DNA of 64,000 nucleotides from assembly GCA_014360195.1 (NCBI GenBank), contig JACIXY010000002.1, forward strand, positions 5,986 to 69,985, given 5' to 3'. The position numbers were made by a program, and so were the translations under genes. Under the pieces are notes generated by a model. The model saw nothing but the letters and a program-made list of their open reading frames with translations. It was not told the origin of the DNA and did not search any database. Positions 59,271-64,000 of the stretch are shown here, piece by piece (position 1 is the stretch's first letter; each line of letters begins with the position of its first letter). This DNA comes from Bacillota bacterium (lineage in GTDB: Bacteria > Bacillota > SHA-98 > UBA4971).

Positions 59271-60659
59271 TTATACATGGATCGCCATGCGGTGGACGGC
59301 CTCAGCGGCCTCGCCCAGGGCCTCCGCAAGCGTGGGATGCGCGTGTACGGTCTTCGCGAACTCCCCGACGGTCATCCTCATCCGGACCGCCACCGTGGGT
59401 TCGGGAATGAGCTCCGTGGCATGCGGGCCGACGATGTGGATCCCGAGGATCCTGTCGGTGCTGGCGTCGGCGACGATTTTGACAAACCCCTCGGCCTCTC
59501 CCATCGCAAGAGCCTTGCCGCTCGCCGTGAAGGGGAACTTCCCCACTCTTACGTCAAAGCCCTCCTCCTTGGCCTGCCGCTCGTTCAGCCCGACGCTTGC
59601 CACCTCGGGCGACGTGAAGATAGCGCTCGGCACGGCTGAGTACGACATGCGCCTGTCGGCCCCTGCTATGTTGTGGGCAGCGACGATCGCCTGCGCCGAC
59701 GCTACGTGCGCAAGCATGACCTTGCCCACGACGTCTCCAATGGCGTAAATGCCGGGGACATTCGTCGCCATGTGGTCATTCACGACGACCTCGCCCCGCT
59801 TGCCGATCTCAACTCCCACATCCTCGAGCCCGATGCCCTCAGAGTTCGGCCTGCGACCAACCGACAGGAGCACTCGCGACGCCACGAGGTGCTCGCCGCT
59901 GTGGAGGGTGGCCACAGCTCCGTCTCCCTCAAGCGCGATGCGCTCGATCTTGACGCCGGTCTGCACTACGACCCCCCGCTTCTTCAAGGAGGCCGCCACG
60001 GCCGCGGCTGAATCGGGGTCCTCCATCGGCAGCACCGTTGGCATTATGTCAACCACCGTCACCCGACTGCCCAGGCTCGAGAAAATGAACGCAAACTCGC
60101 ACCCGATGACGCCGCCGCCCACAATGAGCAGGCTCTCGGGCACATCCTGAAAGTCGAGGGCTTCATCGCTGGTGATGACGGTTCGGCCGTCGTACCCGAA
60201 CGACGGGAAGATCACAGGCTTCGAACCCGTTGCGATGATTATGTCGCGTGCCTTCACCTCCGCCGGCCCGTCCTTCGCCTCGACCTCGACCCGCCCGGGG
60301 CCGGCTATCCTGCCGACGCCCGCTATCACGGTGACCTTGTTCTTCTTCAGGAGAAAGCCTATTCCAGCCCGGAGCCTCGCCACCACCTGGTTTTTCCGCG
60401 CCACCATCTTGTCGAAGCGCGCCCGGACCTCGCCATCGCCGCCGGTCTCCACGCCGAACTCGGCAAGGCGCCTCGCCATCTCGAGGGCCTGTGTGCTCGC
60501 AACAAGCGCCTTGGTGGGGATGCAACCCCTGTTCAGGCACGTCCCGCCAAGCTGGTCCTTTTCAATAAGGCACACCGAACGCCCGAGCTGCGCGGCCCTG
60601 ATGGCTGCGACGTACCCGCCCGGCCCTCCTCCTACCACTGCCACATCGAATTCCGCCAA
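59271..60659 (-). CDS. lpdA: Dihydrolipoyl dehydrogenase
   Basis: GGGPGGY, GGTCLNRGCIPTK, GGGVIGCE, HAHPTLAE. Confidence 0.95.
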   Translation of the reverse strand: MAEFDVAVVGGGPGGYVAAIRAAQLGRSVCLIEKDQLGGTCLNRGCIPTKALVASTQALEMARRLAEFGVETGGDGEVRARFDKMVARKNQVVARLRAGIGFLLKKNKVTVIAGVGRIAGPGRVEVEAKDGPAEVKARDIIIATGSKPVIFPSFGYDGRTVITSDEALDFQDVPESLLIVGGGVIGCEFAFIFSSLGSRVTVVDIMPTVLPMEDPDSAAAVAASLKKRGVVVQTGVKIERIALEGDGAVATLHSGEHLVASRVLLSVGRRPNSEGIGLEDVGVEIGKRGEVVVNDHMATNVPGIYAIGDVVGKVMLAHVASAQAIVAAHNIAGADRRMSYSAVPSAIFTSPEVASVGLNERQAKEEGFDVRVGKFPFTASGKALAMGEAEGFVKIVADASTDRILGIHIVGPHATELIPEPTVAVRMRMTVGEFAKTVHAHPTLAEALGEAAEAVHRMAIHV

Positions 60660-60708
60660 CCCGTAACACCTCTTCCTCGACACCGATCTTCCCTGCTGCG
60701 CCTGTGCC

Positions 60709-61857
60709 CTACGGCTGCGACGAGTATACCCGCGGCACGCGCTTGCTTATGGCGCACACCACTTCATAGCTTATCGTTCCCAGTTTGTCGGCGACCTCTT
60801 CAGCAGAGATCTCCTGATCCCCCTGCCTGCCTATGAGGACCGCCTCATCACCCACCTCGACCTCAAGGTTCCCGGCGTCCACCATGCACTGGTCCATGCA
60901 GATCCGTCCAACGATGGGGAGCCTCCTCCCTCTTATCAGCACCTCGCCCCGGTTGGATAGGCCCCGCGAAAGGCCGTCAGCGTATCCCACGGGAAGTGTG
61001 GCGATCACTGTATCCTCCCTGGTCACGTACGTCGATCCGTAACTCACCGGAGTGCCCGCAGGCACCCTCTTCACAAAGCTCACCCGCGTCTTCAGCGATA
61101 GGGCGGGGCGTATGTCCATCTCCCTCTTCACCTTTTGGAACCTCTCAGTGCTGAACGGCGACAGGCCGTACATCAGGATCCCCGGCCTGACAAGGTCCAG
61201 TCGGGCCTCGGGCATCTCCACGCAAGCCGCGCTGTTTGCCGCGTGGCGAAACTGGATCTGCACTCCCATAGTGCGCAGAGTCTCAATCACTTCCATGAAC
61301 CTGGATAGCTGCTCGCGGGCGAACGACTTGTCGTCTGCGTCGGCGGTGGCGAAGTGAGTGTATATGCCCTCAACCTCGACGTTTGGGAGCATGGCGACGC
61401 GCCGCACGAAGCTTGCCGCCTGTCGCGGCAAGACACCGATCCGCCCCATCCCTGTGTCCACCTTGATGTGGCACTTGCCCTTCTTGCCCTCTTGTGTTGC
61501 AGCCACAGACAACGCCTCAGCAAACTCGTATGTACTCACGGTGCAGGACAGGCTGTAGCGGAGAGCGCGCCGCGCCTGGCTCGGGAAGAGCTGCCCGAAA
61601 ACGAGAATCGGGGCGATGATCCCGCTCTTTCGTAGCACGACTCCCTCCTCCACAAGGGCGACCCCGAGCCACGTGGCGCCGCTCGTGAGAGCGGTGGTCG
61701 CCACCTGGACGGCCCCATGGCCGTAGGCGTCGGCTTTCACCACCGCCATGATCTCCGGCCCCGGCCCGATCCTCCGTCGGATCGCCGCTATGTTGCGGCC
61801 TATGCTCGCCAGGTCTACTTCAGCCACGGTGGGCCTGTCTTGCTGGCCCTCCCACAT
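60709..61857 (-). CDS. alr: Alanine racemase
   Basis: AVVKADAYGHG, KVDTGMGRIG, VSYG, GYADG, GRICMDQ. Confidence 0.96.
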   Translation of the reverse strand: MWEGQQDRPTVAEVDLASIGRNIAAIRRRIGPGPEIMAVVKADAYGHGAVQVATTALTSGATWLGVALVEEGVVLRKSGIIAPILVFGQLFPSQARRALRYSLSCTVSTYEFAEALSVAATQEGKKGKCHIKVDTGMGRIGVLPRQAASFVRRVAMLPNVEVEGIYTHFATADADDKSFAREQLSRFMEVIETLRTMGVQIQFRHAANSAACVEMPEARLDLVRPGILMYGLSPFSTERFQKVKREMDIRPALSLKTRVSFVKRVPAGTPVSYGSTYVTREDTVIATLPVGYADGLSRGLSNRGEVLIRGRRLPIVGRICMDQCMVDAGNLEVEVGDEAVLIGRQGDQEISAEEVADKLGTISYEVVCAISKRVPRVYSSQP

Positions 61858-63445
61858 CCGTCTCACCCCTCTCGCCTGCCAGACCCTTGAGGCCTGCCAG
61901 CCTGACCAGCGCCTCGGGCACGCATTCCAGGATGTCTCCGGCAATCATGCCCATCTCTCCGCGCCTTGCCGCGGCGATGTCGCCCGCAAGCCCGTGCACG
62001 TATGTCCCCAGTACGGCTGCCTGCAGGGCACTGACCCCTTGCGCGAGAAGACCCGCGATAAGACCCGTGAGCACGTCTCCGCTTCCTGCCGTAGCCATAC
62101 CGGAGTTCCCGGTCGGGTTTATGTACGCCTCTCCCGAAGGGTCGGCGATTATGGTCCGCGCGCCCTTCAGGACAACGACCTTGCCCCACTGGGCCGCCGC
62201 CTTCATCGCCACCGAAAGGCGATCGCGCTTGACTTCGTGCACAGAGAGCCCCGTGAGCCTGGCCATCTCGCCCGGATGCGGCGTGAGCACGATGGGAGCT
62301 TTGGACGTCTTCAATGTTCCCGGGTCCTGCGCTATCGCGTTGAGGCCGTCGGCGTCGATGACCGCCGGCACCGAGGTCGTCATTACTATGTTCCGCACAA
62401 GCTGCGCGGTCTCGCTGTGCATGGAGAGACCCGGGCCTATAGCGAGCGCTTCCGCCCCTCGCAGGATGCCGTCGAGGAGTGCCTGAGCCTGCAGGGACAC
62501 GCTCCCGGACTCGGTCTCGGGAAGCGCCCGGGTCATGACCTCAGTAAGCCTCGAGTGCATGATGTCCTGGAGGCTTTTCGGCACCGCCAACGTCACAAGG
62601 CCGGCACCCGATCGGAGGGCCGCCAGGCTGGCAAGGGCCGCCGCTCCTGCCATGCCCTGCGAGCCGGCCACCACAAGCACTCTGCCGAACGTCCCCTTGT
62701 GAGAATCGGGGTCACGCGCAGGAAGGTAGCGCCTGATCTCCTCGGCTATAGAGAGGTTGAGTTTGAGCCGCTCATCCGTGAGAAACGCCCGGGGGATGCC
62801 GATGTCCGCGACAACCAGCTCTCCGGCGCATGCTGCGCCAGGGTAGAGAAGGAGCCCGACTTTAGGAAGACCGAAGGTCACAGTATACCTTGCCCTGACG
62901 CAGCTAGCGGAGATCTTACCTGTACTAGCATCGAGGCCGGACGGCACGTCCACCGCCACCACTGGTCGCCCGGACTCATTGATGGCGTCGATTATCTGGG
63001 CGGCATATCCGCCGACCTCGCCCTTGAACCCGGTCCCGAAGATCGCGTCCACAACCACGTCCGACACAGATACGGCGACCCTCGCCCTGTGGACGTCCTC
63101 GGGGCCGATTTCCTCCACATCGACGCCCATACGTATCAGAATATCCAGGTTAACTCTGGCGTCGCCGCGCACCTCGTCGATGTTCCCGATAAGGAAGGTC
63201 TTGACCCTGATCTGGGAGTTCACGAGATGGCGCGCCGCGACGAACCCGTCTCCGCCGTTGTTCCCCTTGCCGGCGAAGATGCACACACGGCGCCCGGCCA
63301 TGCCCTCGAGAAGCCGCTTCACGGTATCGGCCACGGCCCTTCCGGCGTTCTCCATGAGAACCACGCCGGGGATGCCCGCCTCCTCGATGGCGTTCCTATC
63401 GATCTCGCGCATCTCGTCAGGCGTCACGACCTTCAACCTCTCCAC
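61820..63445 (-). CDS. nnr: Bifunctional NAD(P)HX epimerase/dehydratase
   Basis: LMENAG, GKGNNGGDG, DVPSG, HKGTFG, TPHPGE, MATAGSGDVL. Confidence 0.95.
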   Translation of the reverse strand: MERLKVVTPDEMREIDRNAIEEAGIPGVVLMENAGRAVADTVKRLLEGMAGRRVCIFAGKGNNGGDGFVAARHLVNSQIRVKTFLIGNIDEVRGDARVNLDILIRMGVDVEEIGPEDVHRARVAVSVSDVVVDAIFGTGFKGEVGGYAAQIIDAINESGRPVVAVDVPSGLDASTGKISASCVRARYTVTFGLPKVGLLLYPGAACAGELVVADIGIPRAFLTDERLKLNLSIAEEIRRYLPARDPDSHKGTFGRVLVVAGSQGMAGAAALASLAALRSGAGLVTLAVPKSLQDIMHSRLTEVMTRALPETESGSVSLQAQALLDGILRGAEALAIGPGLSMHSETAQLVRNIVMTTSVPAVIDADGLNAIAQDPGTLKTSKAPIVLTPHPGEMARLTGLSVHEVKRDRLSVAMKAAAQWGKVVVLKGARTIIADPSGEAYINPTGNSGMATAGSGDVLTGLIAGLLAQGVSALQAAVLGTYVHGLAGDIAAARRGEMGMIAGDILECVPEALVRLAGLKGLAGERGETDVGGPARQAHRG

Positions 63446-63836
63446 CTCCGACTCCGACTCCGATGGCGACGGCAAAAGCTATGGCGGTGTCGCGAGTGTG
63501 GGCGATGCTGACCTCAACCCGGACAACACCGCGCTGCGCAGCCACGTTGGCCGCCCGCCCGGTCAGGCGCACGTACGGCTTCCCGCAAGGCTCCTCCGCG
63601 ATCTCGATCTCGCTCCACCCGAAGCCGCGTATCCCGGTGCCCAGGGCCTTCGCCACGGCCTCCTTGGCCGCAAACCGCCCGGCAAGCCTGTCATAGCGCC
63701 CTCCCGCCGAAGACTTCATCTCCTCGGACGTGAACACCCGGCCCTCGAGCCTGTCACCCTTGCGCTCCACGAGTTCGCGGATGCGGGCCACCTCAACGAT
63801 ATCCACGCCCACACCCACCACGCCCGTCGGACCCAC
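63417..63836 (-). CDS. acpS: Holo-ACP synthase
   Basis: GVGVDIVEV, GRFAAKEAVAKALGTG, SIAH. Confidence 0.93.
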   Translation of the reverse strand: MGPTGVVGVGVDIVEVARIRELVERKGDRLEGRVFTSEEMKSSAGGRYDRLAGRFAAKEAVAKALGTGIRGFGWSEIEIAEEPCGKPYVRLTGRAANVAAQRGVVRVEVSIAHTRDTAIAFAVAIGVGVGGGEVEGRDA

Positions 63837-63837
63837 C

Positions 63838-64000
<163 letters not shown>

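Overview
High-GC chromosomal segment of an anaerobic, probably spore-forming and possibly diderm Bacillota (Limnochordia/Clostridia-like; taxonomy is inference). From left to right: (1) a sigma54-driven branched-chain amino-acid oxidation operon (buk-ptb-LeuDH-buk-ferredoxin-2-oxoacid:Fd oxidoreductase), divergent from acyl-CoA dehydrogenase-thiolase-hbd and a BkdR-like activator; (2) the rimP-nusA-ylxR-infB-ylxP-rbfA-nrnA-truB-ribF-rpsO-pnp cluster; (3) yqhV, EF-G2, a SigF-type CWB2-LysM protein, an orphan beta-barrel-like protein and a small Cys-rich protein; (4) an ornithine-fermentation operon (ord-ortAB-oraSE-reactivase) with an ARG-box-like site upstream, ending in a COG2403/arginine-synthetase-like gene where ornithine racemase usually sits; (5) tig-clpP-clpX-lonB-lon; (6) a direct-repeat-bounded islet with a UvrD-DnaQ fusion next to tRNA-His; (7) a Thermus-like glucose ABC transporter, an ABC-F remnant, hicB with frameshifted hicA, and glmS-acpS-nnr-alr-lpdA. 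Non-coding highlights are seven copies of a modular nested-palindrome (MITE-like) repeat, an orphan HEARO/omegaRNA-like 5' fragment inside the BCAA operon, and several structured-RNA candidates. No CRISPR array, rRNA, intact transposase or integrase was seen. All calls come from reading motifs by eye; no searches were run.
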